Assembly: GCA_040830765.1 (NCBI GenBank)
Contig: JBFOMH010000002.1
Coordinates: forward strand, 32,001 to 96,000
DNA length: 64,000 bases
Reading direction: 5' to 3'
Source: Puniceicoccaceae bacterium
Lineage (GTDB): Bacteria; Verrucomicrobiota; Verrucomicrobiia; Opitutales; Oceanipulchritudinaceae
Numbering within the stretch: position 1 is the first letter of the stretch; each line of letters begins with the position of its first letter. The position numbers and the translations under genes were made by a program. The notes beneath the pieces are model-generated. The model did not search any database. It was not told where the DNA came from and worked only from the letters and a program-made list of their open reading frames with translations. Below, piece by piece: positions 33,359 to 43,265 of this stretch.

Positions 33359-33471
33359 TTGGAGTGCTGCGGCATGCCGCAGCTTTATAAGGCGGCGACA
33401 AGTCGCCGCACTCCACGGCGCTCGCTATTCCGCAGCTTTATAAGGCGGCGACAAGTCGCCGCACTCCACGG
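33359..33471. repeat. REP-like GGAG-headed palindrome cluster with a 42-bp direct repeat
   Basis: TGGAGTGCTGCGGCATGCCGCAGC faces GCGGCGACAAGTCGCCGCACTCCA; 33377-33418 is identical to 33430-33471. Confidence 0.85.
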
Positions 33472-33477
33472 GGCGTG

Positions 33478-34986
33478 CTACATATCGAGCTGCGGACGCG
33501 CCGGGTCGGGCCAGTCGATATGGTAGAACTGGCCGCGGGGCTTGTCGGTGCGCTCGTAGGTGTGGGCCCCGAAGTAGTCGCGCTGGGCCTGGAGCAGGTT
33601 CTGCGGCAGGCGGGCGGTCCGGTAGCCATCGTAGTAGCTCAGGGCGCTGCTGAAGGTGGGGATGCTGATCCCGGCCTGGGCGGCGATCCCGATGACCTTG
33701 CGCCAGTTGGCCTGGGCCTTCTGGATGGTCTCGTTGAAGTAGGGATCGAGAAGCAGGTTGGCCAGCTCCGGATCGCGCTCATAGGCCTCCGTGATTTTCT
33801 GCAGGAAGACGGCGCGAATGATACAGCCACCGCGCCAGATCTGGGCAATCTCCCCAAAGTTCAACTTCCAGTCATATTCCTTCTGGGCTTCCCGCATGAG
33901 CTGGAATCCCTGGGCATAGGAACAAATCTTCGAGCAATACAAGGCATCGTGGATGGCCGCGATGAACTCGGCCTTTTCCCCCTCGAAGGCATAGCCCTCC
34001 GGGCCCTTGAGAATCGGCTCGGCCGCGACCCGCTCCTCCTTGACCGCACTGAGGAAGCGGGCAAAGACCGCCTCGGCGACCGTTGGGGCGGGCACGCCCA
34101 TGTCCAGCGCGTTGACGCTGGTCCACTTCCCAGTGCCCTTCTGTCCGGCTGTGTCGAGGACGATGTCCACGAAGGGCTGACCACTTTCCGGGTCGGCCTG
34201 CTTGAGGATATCGGCCGTGATCTCGATCAGGAAACTGTCCAGCATGCCGGCATTCCATTCCGAGAAGACCGCCCCCATCTCGGGTGCACTCAGTCCAAGG
34301 ACCCCCTTCATGAGGTCGTAGGACTCACAAATCATCTGCATGTCACCATATTCGATCCCGTTGTGGACCATTTTTACATAGTGACCGGCTCCGTTTTCGC
34401 CGATGTAGGCCGCACAGGGGACTCCCCCCTCGACCGGCTTGCCCGGCTCTGCTCCCTCAAGGGGCCGACCGGTTTCCGCGTCCACTTTCGCCGCAATCGC
34501 TTCCCAGACGGGCTTCAAATGTTCCCATGCCTCGGCCGCGCCACCGGGCATCAGGCTGGGACCAAAGCGGGCCCCTTCTTCACCACCGGAGACCCCGCTG
34601 CCGACAAAGCGCAGCCCCTTCTCCGTCAGCTCCTTCTCCCGGCGGATCGTGTCCGTCCACTTGGCGTTGCCGCCATCAATGATGATGTCGCCCTCTTCCA
34701 TTAACGGGACCAGGCCCTCGATCACCTTGTCCGTGGCCCAGCCAGCCTGCACCAGAATGATGACCTTGCGCGGGCGCTTCAGCGACTGCACGAAGCCCTC
34801 CAGGGTCGCTTCGCCGACCAGCCCCCCGGGCGTATCCGGGTGCTTGGCCACAAATTCCTCCATCTTGCTCGTCGTCCGGTTGTAGACCGAAATCCGGAAT
34901 CCATGGTCCGCAATGTTCAAGGCCAGGTTCTGGCCCATTACCGCCAAACCAATTAATCCAATTTCTGATAATCCTTCTTCACTCAT
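33478..34986 (-). CDS. gnd: 6-phosphogluconate dehydrogenase (decarboxylating)
   Basis: [26 protein letters not shown] and QRDYFGAH motifs. Confidence 0.97.
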   Translation of the reverse strand: MSEEGLSEIGLIGLAVMGQNLALNIADHGFRISVYNRTTSKMEEFVAKHPDTPGGLVGEATLEGFVQSLKRPRKVIILVQAGWATDKVIEGLVPLMEEGDIIIDGGNAKWTDTIRREKELTEKGLRFVGSGVSGGEEGARFGPSLMPGGAAEAWEHLKPVWEAIAAKVDAETGRPLEGAEPGKPVEGGVPCAAYIGENGAGHYVKMVHNGIEYGDMQMICESYDLMKGVLGLSAPEMGAVFSEWNAGMLDSFLIEITADILKQADPESGQPFVDIVLDTAGQKGTGKWTSVNALDMGVPAPTVAEAVFARFLSAVKEERVAAEPILKGPEGYAFEGEKAEFIAAIHDALYCSKICSYAQGFQLMREAQKEYDWKLNFGEIAQIWRGGCIIRAVFLQKITEAYERDPELANLLLDPYFNETIQKAQANWRKVIGIAAQAGISIPTFSSALSYYDGYRTARLPQNLLQAQRDYFGAHTYERTDKPRGQFYHIDWPDPARPQLDM

Positions 34987-35044
34987 GATGGAGAAAGCTT
35001 AAAAGACACGGCTCGCCCCCTGTCAACCCAACACGTGTTGGAAA

Positions 35045-35162
35045 TTGATCTTAATCTTAGCCTTAGGCTTAATATTAATCCCAAAACCCAATCTTAGTCT
35101 TAGCCTTAATCTTAATCTTAATCTTCTGCGCCGGGATTAAGATTAAGGCTAAGATTGAGATT
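35045..35162. repeat. Hexamer-arm cluster: two AATCTT arms and one inverted arm
   Basis: TTAATCTTAGCCTT...AATCTTAGTCTTAGCCTTAATCTTAATC...GATTAAGATTAAGGCTAAGATTGAGATT, abutting the RND permease stop codon. Confidence 0.9.
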
Positions 35163-35163
35163 A

Positions 35164-38100
35164 TTAAGCTTTCCACCAGTGGTAGGCGCGGCGGAAGAAC
35201 TTGGCGATATCCTCGAAGATGAGATAGACCATGGGGACGAGGAAAAGGGTGAGGAAGGTGGCGAAGGCGATCCCGCCGGCGAGGGAGACGGCCATGGGGA
35301 TAAGGAACTGGGCCTGGCGGGACTTCTCGAGGAGAAGCGGGGTGAGGCCGCCGATGGTGGTCAGCGAGGTCAGGAGGATGGGCCGGAAGCGGACGACGCC
35401 GGCCTTGGAAACGGCCCGGAGGAGGGAATAGCCTTCCTGGCGGCGACGGTTGACATAATCGACGAGGACGAGGGAGTCATTCACGACCACTCCTACGAGG
35501 GCGAGCATGCCGAGGATGGACATGATACTGAGGGTATCGCCGCGGAAAATATGGAAGAGAATGGCCCCGATGGTGCTGAAGGGAATGATCAGCATGATAA
35601 TGAAGGGCTGGGCATAGGAGCGGAAGACAATGGCCAGCATGGCATAGATCCCGAAGAGGACGAGAATGATGCCGAAGCGGAGGCTCTCGAAGCTCTCGCG
35701 CTGTTCGCGGGCTTCCCCCTCGAGGGAAAAGGAGACTTCCGGATGGAGGGCAAGGAGATCGGGGAGGTAATTCTCGATGAGGTCCGCCTTGATCTTTTCG
35801 ACGTCGCCCTTCCCTTCCTCGATGTCGGCGGTGACATTGAGGGTGCGGTTGCGGTCGACCCGGCGGATATTGGGCAAGCTTTTGCCCATCTCGGCATTGG
35901 CCACCTCAGCGAAGGGCACCTCGTTCCCGTCGGGGGTACGGATGCGCATGTTCTCGAGGTTGCCGAGGCTGCGGCGCTCCTCCTCCGGATAGCGGACCAT
36001 GACGCGGACATCGTCTCGCCCGCGCTGGATACGCTGGGCCTCGAGCCCGAAAAAGGCCTGGCGGACCTGCCGGGCGAGGTCCTCGGAGGTCAGGCCGAGG
36101 TTACGGGCGGCCGGCTTGAGAGTCAGCTTGAGCTCGTCCTTGCCGGACTCGAAGGAGTCGAGGATATCGACGACGCCGGGATAGGTAGCGAGCTGGTCCT
36201 TGAGCTTCAGGGCGAGAGCGTCGAGCTGCTTGAAGTCGGGCCCGGAGAGCTGGATATCGATGGGCGCGCCCGCACTGGAGCGGGAGAAGATATAGCTGAC
36301 TTCCCCACCGGGGACAAAGCCGACCTTGTTGCGCCATTCGCCCGAGACCGCAAAGGCGGAAACGGCGGGGTTGCGGGTTTCGCCAGGCTCCAGCTCAAGA
36401 ATCACTTCCCCGAGGTGGCTCTGGCCACTGCCACTTCTCCCGAAGCGGCTCCCGAAAGGCTGGCCACCGACGGTCATAAGGGAATTCATGATGGTCCCGT
36501 CGCCGTATTGCTCGTTGAACTGGTTACGCGTCTCCTCCGCAGCAGCGGCAATCTGGCGGATATAGCGCTCGGTGACTTCAATTGGCGTCCCGATCGGCAT
36601 GTCGAGGCGGACGGTCACGGTATCACTCTCGATACGGGGAAAGAAAAAGAACTTCAGCCGGCCGGTGGAGAGAAACCCGATCATAACCATGAGGAGGACC
36701 ACGAAGACGGCGGCCGTACTGTAGCGGTACTTGATGGCACCGTGAAGGAGCGGCCGGTAGACCTTCTTGATCAGCAGCTCCAGTCCATCAGCGAAGAAGC
36801 GTTGGAAGCGCTGCAGGAAATTGAGCTTTTCCCCCTTGCGGCCAAGGTGGGTCAGCAGGCTCATGTGGGAAGGCAGGACCAGCTTGGACTGGACGAGGGA
36901 GAACGCTAGGCAGGCAATGACGACAATGGCAATGACCGAGAAAAAGGCCCCGCGGCGACCCGGGAGCAGCATCAGCGGGACAAAGGCAATCATCGTGGTG
37001 ATGACCCCGAAGGTCACCGGGACGCTGACTTCATGGGTCCCCCGGATGGCGGCCTCGGTAGTGTCCCCGCCCTTGCGCAGATGGTTGAAGATATTCTCCC
37101 CGGTGACAATGGCATCGTCGACGACAATCCCCAGGACCATGATGAAGGCGAACATCGAGAGCAGGTTGAGGGAGATGTCGAAGAGCGGCATCACCGCCAG
37201 CCCGCCGAGGAAACTGACTGGCACCCCGATGGCTACAAAGATGGCCACCGAGAAACGGAGAAAGGCCGCCAGTATCAGGAAAACCAATACACCCCCCCAA
37301 AGGAGGCTGCTGGTCAGGGTATTGAGGCGGCCCTCGATCCGTTCCGACCAGTCGCTCCAGACGGTCAGGCTGACGCCCTCAGGCAGGGTCGCCGAGGAGC
37401 GCTCGATGTAGTCCTTGACGGTATTGGCCAGCTCAATGACGCTCTGGTCGCCGACGCGGAAGACATCGACCATGACGGCGCGGTTTCCGTTGAACTCGGA
37501 ATACATGACGTTCTCGTCAAAGCCGTCATTGACCTGGGCAATGTCAGCGAGGGTGAGCCGGGTCCCGTCGGCCTGGGTAACGACGACAATCTCCTCGAAC
37601 TCCTCCTGGAATTGGGCCTCGGCATCGGTCCGCAGGAGGACATCGCCCCCGCGGGTACGGATGCGACCGGCCGAGAGGTCGACGGAGGAACGGCGAATGG
37701 CATTGGCGACATCGGCAAACGTCAGCCCGTAGGCCCGGAGTGTATTTTCCGAAATCTCAATCGCCACTTCATAGGGCCGGGCCCCACGGAGCCCCACCTG
37801 GGTGACCCCGGGGAGGTTGGTAATCTCGTCCCGGATACGTTCCCCGAGGCGCTTGAGGTCACGCTCGGTCAGCGGGCCGGAAAGGACAATGTTGAGGACG
37901 CGCTCGGAACGGGAAGGTTGCTCGATAATCGGGCGCTCGGCGTCCTCGGGAAAGGTGCTGATGGAATCGACCCGGTTCTTGATATCGTCAAGCAGCTTGC
38001 GCGGTTCGTATCCCTTCTGGACTTCGGCGGTCACGGTCACCGAGCCCTCCGAGGCATTGGTAAAGATACGGTCGATTCCCTGGAGATCCTGAATCGCCTC

Positions 38101-38301
38101 CTCAATACGGACCCCGATGGCCTCTTCTGATTCGGTCGGGGTGGAGCCGCGGTAGATGACGCGGACATTGACGACATCCGCCTCGACGCTGGGGAAGACC
38201 TCAAGGGTCAGCCGGTTGAAGGCGGAGAAGAAGCCGACCACGCAAATGGCGGCCATGAGGAGGTTGGCCGCGACCCGGTTCCGTGCGAAGTAATCAATCA
38301 T
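35164..38301 (-). CDS. RND efflux permease (AcrB/AcrD/AcrF family)
   Basis: N.VAANLLM, LGIVVDDAIV, GVVVNDSLVLV and RFRPILLTSLTT motifs. Confidence 0.95.
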   Translation of the reverse strand: MIDYFARNRVAANLLMAAICVVGFFSAFNRLTLEVFPSVEADVVNVRVIYRGSTPTESEEAIGVRIEEAIQDLQGIDRIFTNASEGSVTVTAEVQKGYEPRKLLDDIKNRVDSISTFPEDAERPIIEQPSRSERVLNIVLSGPLTERDLKRLGERIRDEITNLPGVTQVGLRGARPYEVAIEISENTLRAYGLTFADVANAIRRSSVDLSAGRIRTRGGDVLLRTDAEAQFQEEFEEIVVVTQADGTRLTLADIAQVNDGFDENVMYSEFNGNRAVMVDVFRVGDQSVIELANTVKDYIERSSATLPEGVSLTVWSDWSERIEGRLNTLTSSLLWGGVLVFLILAAFLRFSVAIFVAIGVPVSFLGGLAVMPLFDISLNLLSMFAFIMVLGIVVDDAIVTGENIFNHLRKGGDTTEAAIRGTHEVSVPVTFGVITTMIAFVPLMLLPGRRGAFFSVIAIVVIACLAFSLVQSKLVLPSHMSLLTHLGRKGEKLNFLQRFQRFFADGLELLIKKVYRPLLHGAIKYRYSTAAVFVVLLMVMIGFLSTGRLKFFFFPRIESDTVTVRLDMPIGTPIEVTERYIRQIAAAAEETRNQFNEQYGDGTIMNSLMTVGGQPFGSRFGRSGSGQSHLGEVILELEPGETRNPAVSAFAVSGEWRNKVGFVPGGEVSYIFSRSSAGAPIDIQLSGPDFKQLDALALKLKDQLATYPGVVDILDSFESGKDELKLTLKPAARNLGLTSEDLARQVRQAFFGLEAQRIQRGRDDVRVMVRYPEEERRSLGNLENMRIRTPDGNEVPFAEVANAEMGKSLPNIRRVDRNRTLNVTADIEEGKGDVEKIKADLIENYLPDLLALHPEVSFSLEGEAREQRESFESLRFGIILVLFGIYAMLAIVFRSYAQPFIIMLIIPFSTIGAILFHIFRGDTLSIMSILGMLALVGVVVNDSLVLVDYVNRRRQEGYSLLRAVSKAGVVRFRPILLTSLTTIGGLTPLLLEKSRQAQFLIPMAVSLAGGIAFATFLTLFLVPMVYLIFEDIAKFFRRAYHWWKA

Positions 38302-39466
38302 CCCCAATTCCCTCCGGCTGGACATGCATGCCGTCAATGGCAAGGGGGAGCTGGGTCAGGCAGGCGAGTGTTCCGGGTTGGATGCTTTCCTCGCGGAAGA
38401 CGATGACCTCGTTGTCGGACCAGAGGGGCTCGACAGTGACACGCTTGATACGGTTCTCGTCGTCGAGGGCAAGGATGTAGCGGGCCTCGCGGAAGGCCCG
38501 GCGCGGCAGGACATAGACATTTTCCAGGATACTCCCCTCGATCCGGGCCTCGACAAAAAGCCCCACCTTGAGCGGCTGGCCATGGCTGGGACCGTAGGGG
38601 TCATCCACCTGGGCGACGACAAAGACCTGCCGGCTGCTGGTATCAATCGCACCCTCGACACGGACGATGCGGCCCCTCCAGCTGTGGTCTTCCTGTCCGA
38701 AGGAGGCACTCAATGTCACGGGAACATTGGGCTGGGTTGAGTTGTCTCCCCGGACCACGGGGTCGACATCGAGAAAGGCAAACTCCCCGGTGGTCAGGGG
38801 AAGGCGGATTTCCGCGTAGTCGACAGCATATACGCGGGCCAGGACGGAGCCCGGACTGACGACCTGGCCAATGTCGACATTCTTGTCGAGGACACGGCCA
38901 TCGTAGGGCGCGGTGATGCGGGTCCGCTCGAGATTGCGGCGGGCCTCGGCGACGCGCGCCTCGGCGGCGTCAACATTGGCCCGGGCAAGCGCCAGTTGGG
39001 GCACCCGGAGGACCAGGTCGGTCGGCGGAGCGCCTTCCCCGAGGCGTTCCCAGTCCCGCTGGGCCTGATTAGTCTGGGCCTCCTCCTCGGCGAGGCGGAC
39101 CCGCGCCTCGGCAAGGTTGGCCTCGGCAATCGTCAGGGCTGTCTGGTAGTCGCTGGGATCAATCTCCAGCAGGATGTCACCCTGCGCGAAAAAGCCACCC
39201 TCGCGGAAATTGTCGGCGACGTACATGATTTCCCCGGAGACCTGCGGAATAAGTGTACTTTCGGTCCGCGCAGAGACAGTCCCCTGGGTATCGAGAACAA
39301 CCGTAAAGGATTGCGGCTGGAGGGCCTGCGTCTCGACCTCGATGACCGGCTCCGGCGGTGTCCGGCGCTGGGCGACCGGCTTGGTGGCCACGAGAGCATA
39401 AAAGATAATGACCCCGACCCCGAGAATGAGGAACGGCAGTGACTTGCGGAGGATTTTCGAAAGCAT
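38294..39466 (-). CDS. RND periplasmic adaptor (MFP)
   Basis: N-terminal TM, PQVSG, ITAPYDG, alpha-hairpin; overlaps the permease start. Confidence 0.93.
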   Translation of the reverse strand: MLSKILRKSLPFLILGVGVIIFYALVATKPVAQRRTPPEPVIEVETQALQPQSFTVVLDTQGTVSARTESTLIPQVSGEIMYVADNFREGGFFAQGDILLEIDPSDYQTALTIAEANLAEARVRLAEEEAQTNQAQRDWERLGEGAPPTDLVLRVPQLALARANVDAAEARVAEARRNLERTRITAPYDGRVLDKNVDIGQVVSPGSVLARVYAVDYAEIRLPLTTGEFAFLDVDPVVRGDNSTQPNVPVTLSASFGQEDHSWRGRIVRVEGAIDTSSRQVFVVAQVDDPYGPSHGQPLKVGLFVEARIEGSILENVYVLPRRAFREARYILALDDENRIKRVTVEPLWSDNEVIVFREESIQPGTLACLTQLPLAIDGMHVQPEGIGDD

Positions 39467-39477
39467 CGTTAACAAGG

Positions 39478-39604
39478 TCTTAATCTTAGCCTTAATCTTA
39501 ATCTTAATCTAAGACTTTTACGCAGGGATTAGGATCAAGATTAAGATTAAGGCTAAGATTAAGATTGGGAGGGAAAGATTAAGGCTAAGATTGAGATTAA
39601 GATT
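39478..39604. repeat. Inverted hexamer-arm pair plus an extra arm, inside the RND operon
   Basis: 39478-39505 is the exact reverse complement of 39537-39564 (28 bp); another AAGATTAAGGCTAAGATT arm follows. Confidence 0.92.
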
Positions 39605-39605
39605 T

Positions 39606-41003
39606 TTAGTAGTCGCCCCCGAGGGCCAAATAGAGGGCGAGGCGGTTTTGCAGTAAGTCGTTTTTCACGGAAAGCATATTGCTGCGGGCGGTAAAGGCCC
39701 GGCGCTGGGACTCGAGGACGGTGATGATATCGACAAGGCCACGCTCGTAGCGTTCCTCGGCCAATTCCTGGGCGCCGACGGATTCCTCGGCGGATGTCTC
39801 CACGGCTGCCAGCTGCTCCCGCAGCAGTTCCTCCCCGACAAGGGCTGATTCCACTTCGCGGAAGGCGGTCAGGGCGGTATTCTGGTAATTGGCGATGGAT
39901 TCGGCAAGGGCCGCCTCGGAGCGATCGACATTGGCCCGCAGGCGCCCGCCCTGGAACAGCGGTGCAGTGAGGTTGCCAGCCAGGCTCCAGACATCAAAGG
40001 AGTCCTTGAGGATATCCTCCAGATCGGCACTGGCCCGGCCGTAGCGGGCCGTCAGGCTGATGGAGGGAAGAAGGGCCTTTTTGCTCTCGGCAAAGCGGTA
40101 ATCGGCAGCGGCCACGCGCTGCTCCGCGGAGAGTAGATCCGGGCGCCGCAACAGCAGGTCCGAGGGAACACCGGCCGGGACAATGCCCTCCAGTTCCGGA
40201 AGCGCCTCCGCCACGGCAAGGGTCCCGGAGGGATAACGTCCGAGGAGGACTTCCAGCTGGCGCACGGCCGTATCCGCGAGGCGCTTGCGCAGGTTGTAGG
40301 TGGAGCGGGCACCGGCAACATTGGCCCGGGTCAGGCGCAGATCGAGGGCCGGACTAAGGCCGCGCTTGAAGCGTTCCTCGACGGTGGTCAGGTTGGCCTC
40401 GAAGGAGGTCAGGGTCTCCATCGCAAGGGCTTCCTGCTGCCTTGCCTCAATGGCCGCAAACCAGGCCTGGGCGACCCGGGTGGCAATGGAGAGCCGCAGG
40501 GCACGGAAGTCGGACTCGGCGGCCGCGGCATCCGCCCCGCCGGCAAGGGCTTGCGCCCGCACGCGGCCCCAGAGGTCGAATTCCCAGTTGGCCACTGCGT
40601 TAATATCAAAGCGGTCGGAACGGAAACGGATCGGGGGATCCGATAAATTGTTGCTCATGGAGCGCTGGGCCCCACCGGTCAGGGAGACGCTCGGCAGGCG
40701 CTCGGCCCCCTCGATGCGGGCAATGGCCATCGCCTGTTCCAGCCGGGCCACACCCGCCTGGAGCTGGAAATTGCTGTCTACCGCCTCATTGACCAAGGCA
40801 TCCAGCTGCGAATCCCCGAAGGCCCGCACCCATGCCTGCGGTTCGAGACCCTCACCACTGCCGGTTCCCCAGCTCGACGGGACCTCCACCTCAAGGATGG
40901 CTTCCGCCGGCGGCGGCCCTTGCACGCAGCCTCCCAGCAGTGCCAACCCGGCCAGCCCGGTAATCACTCCTCCTTTAAGCATTGCCTCTTTTAAGCGGTT
41001 CAT
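39606..41003 (-). CDS. Outer-membrane efflux lipoprotein (OprM/NodT/TolC family)
   Basis: Lipobox GGC; WEFDLWGR, PSDLLLRRPD and LYLALGG motifs. Confidence 0.95.
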   Translation of the reverse strand: MNRLKEAMLKGGVITGLAGLALLGGCVQGPPPAEAILEVEVPSSWGTGSGEGLEPQAWVRAFGDSQLDALVNEAVDSNFQLQAGVARLEQAMAIARIEGAERLPSVSLTGGAQRSMSNNLSDPPIRFRSDRFDINAVANWEFDLWGRVRAQALAGGADAAAAESDFRALRLSIATRVAQAWFAAIEARQQEALAMETLTSFEANLTTVEERFKRGLSPALDLRLTRANVAGARSTYNLRKRLADTAVRQLEVLLGRYPSGTLAVAEALPELEGIVPAGVPSDLLLRRPDLLSAEQRVAAADYRFAESKKALLPSISLTARYGRASADLEDILKDSFDVWSLAGNLTAPLFQGGRLRANVDRSEAALAESIANYQNTALTAFREVESALVGEELLREQLAAVETSAEESVGAQELAEERYERGLVDIITVLESQRRAFTARSNMLSVKNDLLQNRLALYLALGGDY

Positions 41004-41147
41004 TCCTCAAAGCGCCAACTAAATCTGTTTTTACCGGATGGCAAATGACAGAGGTAGTTAACCGTCCATTTATTCCCTTCCACCCGGTGATTTGATTTGC
41101 ATTGACGGAATTAATTCCCCTTTCAATCCTCAATTCTCCTTGCTTGT

Positions 41148-41223
41148 GGGGCTGTAGCTCAGTTGGAAGAGCGCGTCGTTCGCAATGACGAGGTCGTCGG
41201 TTCGATCCCGATCAGCTCCACCA
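41148..41223 (+). tRNA. tRNA-Ala(CGC)
   Basis: GGGGCTG acceptor stem with G3:U70, anticodon loop TTCGCAA, GTTCGAT T-loop, encoded CCA; 76 nt. Confidence 0.95.
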
Positions 41224-41384
41224 TGCTTCGCCCTGCTACACTTCGTTTCGCAGGGCTACGCATGGCAGGCCATAGAAGCGGTTTATAACAAATACGCCCG
41301 GGAAACCGTGATTTAGCTTGAGGGATGGGGAAAAATATATGGCTGTGGGAGCAGCTCAACCACCGTTGAGGACGCAGCGAAGGC

Positions 41385-43172
41385 ATGAAAGAAGAGGAAT
41401 CCCAAAACACGCCACAGCGTGAAAGCCCGGGCAGGAAACCCCCGGGCGACCGCTTCATCCTGCTGGTACTGGCCGCGGCGGTCCTCCTCCGGCTGGTTTA
41501 CGTCTTCGAGGTAATGGGCGGCCCCTGTCCGGAAACCTACCAGAACACGGACTCGGACATGAATTTCTTCCTCATGCAGGGAAGGATCATTGCCAAGGGC
41601 GACTGGCTGCAGGACCGTTCCCTGCATCCCTACGCCAGCTGGCAACAGCGCATGGCACAGGAATACTTCGCCCACCTGGCCAAGGAAAGCGGTGAGGCGG
41701 AACCGCCCGTGGATCATGCCCGCAACCGCCAGCTCTGGGACGAATGGTACGGCGGCAAAACCTACCACCAGGAACCTCTCTACGCCTACCTGCTGGCCAT
41801 CCTGCATGCGCTCACGGGCCAGGAAATGCTGCTGGCCTACCTCATCCAGAGCCTCGCCGGGCTGGCCACCATCTTCCTGCTTTATGACGTCGCGCGGCAG
41901 CTCTTCGGGATGGCCACGGCCAGGGTAACAGCGGTGCTGGCCCTCCTGCATGGGCCAATGATCTTCTACGAGACCCTCCTGCTGCGGGCCAGCCTCATCA
42001 CCCTGATCAGTATACTGGTCGTCTGGCTGACCCTGCGGGCCCGGGAACGCGGCCGGTTCGCCGGCTGGATTGTCGTCGGGCTGGCAGGCGGTGCCTCGAT
42101 GCTCCTGAAGTCGACCTTCCTCCTCTACTTTGCCGGCATTGGTTGCCTGCTCCTGCTGGACCGCCCCTTGCGGATGCGCCGGGTTGTCCTCTGCGGCTCG
42201 GCGATGGCGGCAGGACTGGCGATTGCCCTGCTGCCCCTGATGGCGCGAAACCTTACCGTTGGCCTGCCCCCCCTGAAGATGGGCAGCGTGACCCCGATCA
42301 CCTTCCTTGCGGCCAATCTCCCGGAGCAGGAGCAGCTCTTCGCCAGTGAGGAGATCGCCATTATCATGGGCGAGACCAACGGGGAGACCCTCCCCATCGT
42401 CAAGGCAGTGTGGCGGGAAAACAGCCTTGGCTCCCTTGTCGCGACGGTCGCTAAGAAGGCGCAACAGGTCCTGCACTGGTACGAAATCCCCAACAACAAC
42501 AACATCTACTTCAACGCGCTCTATTCGAATGTCCTGCGATGGCTTCCCGCCACTTCGCACCTTCTCATCGCCCTTGCCCTACCCGGCCTGTTCCTCTCCT
42601 GGCGCCGCTGGCGGACCACGGCCCCGCTGTTGCTGATGGCGGCGAGCCATCTTGCCACCCTGCTGATCGCCTTTGCCCTTGCCCGTTACCGATTCCCGAT
42701 GGTGGTCTGCATCATCCCCCTGGCGGCCCATACCCTCGCCTGCGGGTATAGCTATCTGAAAACAAGACGGTACCGCCCCGCGTTGATCACGGTGCTGTCC
42801 TGCATCCTGCTCTTTGCCTACATTGGCCGGCCCCTTCCAAAGGACCGGACCCTCGTCCGGTCCAGCGATGTCCTTCTCTCCCAGATCGCTTATTACTCAA
42901 TGTATCTTGCGGTCGCCGAGGACCAGGGGGACTGGCCGACAATGGCCAGCCTGTGGGAGCAGTTCCTTGAGGCCAAGCCGGCATCGGTCCGCCGCATGGA
43001 GGATGGCCACCCGCCGCGCAACTCCCACGAGGAGGAGCTGGCCGGCATCTTCGCCAGGGCCTACCGGGACTACAGCGAGGTCCTGCTGAAGGCCAACCGT
43101 CCTGAGGCCGCAACCGCGGCCAGGCAGTCAGGAGCGGCCCTGGAAGAAGTTGTTCCCCAGCCGCTGCAGTGA
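41385..43172 (+). CDS. Polytopic GT-C-type (PMT/ArnT-like) glycosyltransferase
   Basis: N-terminal TM then DSD, YHQEPLYAYLLA, many TM helices, RYRFP and a helical C-terminus. Confidence 0.7.
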   Translation: MKEEESQNTPQRESPGRKPPGDRFILLVLAAAVLLRLVYVFEVMGGPCPETYQNTDSDMNFFLMQGRIIAKGDWLQDRSLHPYASWQQRMAQEYFAHLAKESGEAEPPVDHARNRQLWDEWYGGKTYHQEPLYAYLLAILHALTGQEMLLAYLIQSLAGLATIFLLYDVARQLFGMATARVTAVLALLHGPMIFYETLLLRASLITLISILVVWLTLRARERGRFAGWIVVGLAGGASMLLKSTFLLYFAGIGCLLLLDRPLRMRRVVLCGSAMAAGLAIALLPLMARNLTVGLPPLKMGSVTPITFLAANLPEQEQLFASEEIAIIMGETNGETLPIVKAVWRENSLGSLVATVAKKAQQVLHWYEIPNNNNIYFNALYSNVLRWLPATSHLLIALALPGLFLSWRRWRTTAPLLLMAASHLATLLIAFALARYRFPMVVCIIPLAAHTLACGYSYLKTRRYRPALITVLSCILLFAYIGRPLPKDRTLVRSSDVLLSQIAYYSMYLAVAEDQGDWPTMASLWEQFLEAKPASVRRMEDGHPPRNSHEEELAGIFARAYRDYSEVLLKANRPEAATAARQSGAALEEVVPQPLQ

Positions 43173-43204
43173 GGCGGACTTGCCCTGTCGGCAGTCGGCC
43201 GAAT

Positions 43205-43239
43205 AAAAAAGCGGAGGACCGCGCATGCGATCCCCCGCT
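43205..43239 (-). terminator. Intrinsic terminator
   Basis: Minus strand GCGGGGGATCGC-ATGC-GCGGTCCTCCGC followed by T6. Confidence 0.75.
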
Positions 43240-43265
43240 GGGAATTATAATCCAATCGGTTCAGG

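Noticed and set aside
33377..33471. Possible mini-CRISPR array
   Set aside because: Only two 42-bp copies 11 bp apart, no cas genes, and REP-like palindromes.
41159..41458. ORF ending [21 protein letters not shown]
   Set aside because: Antisense translation of the tRNA gene.
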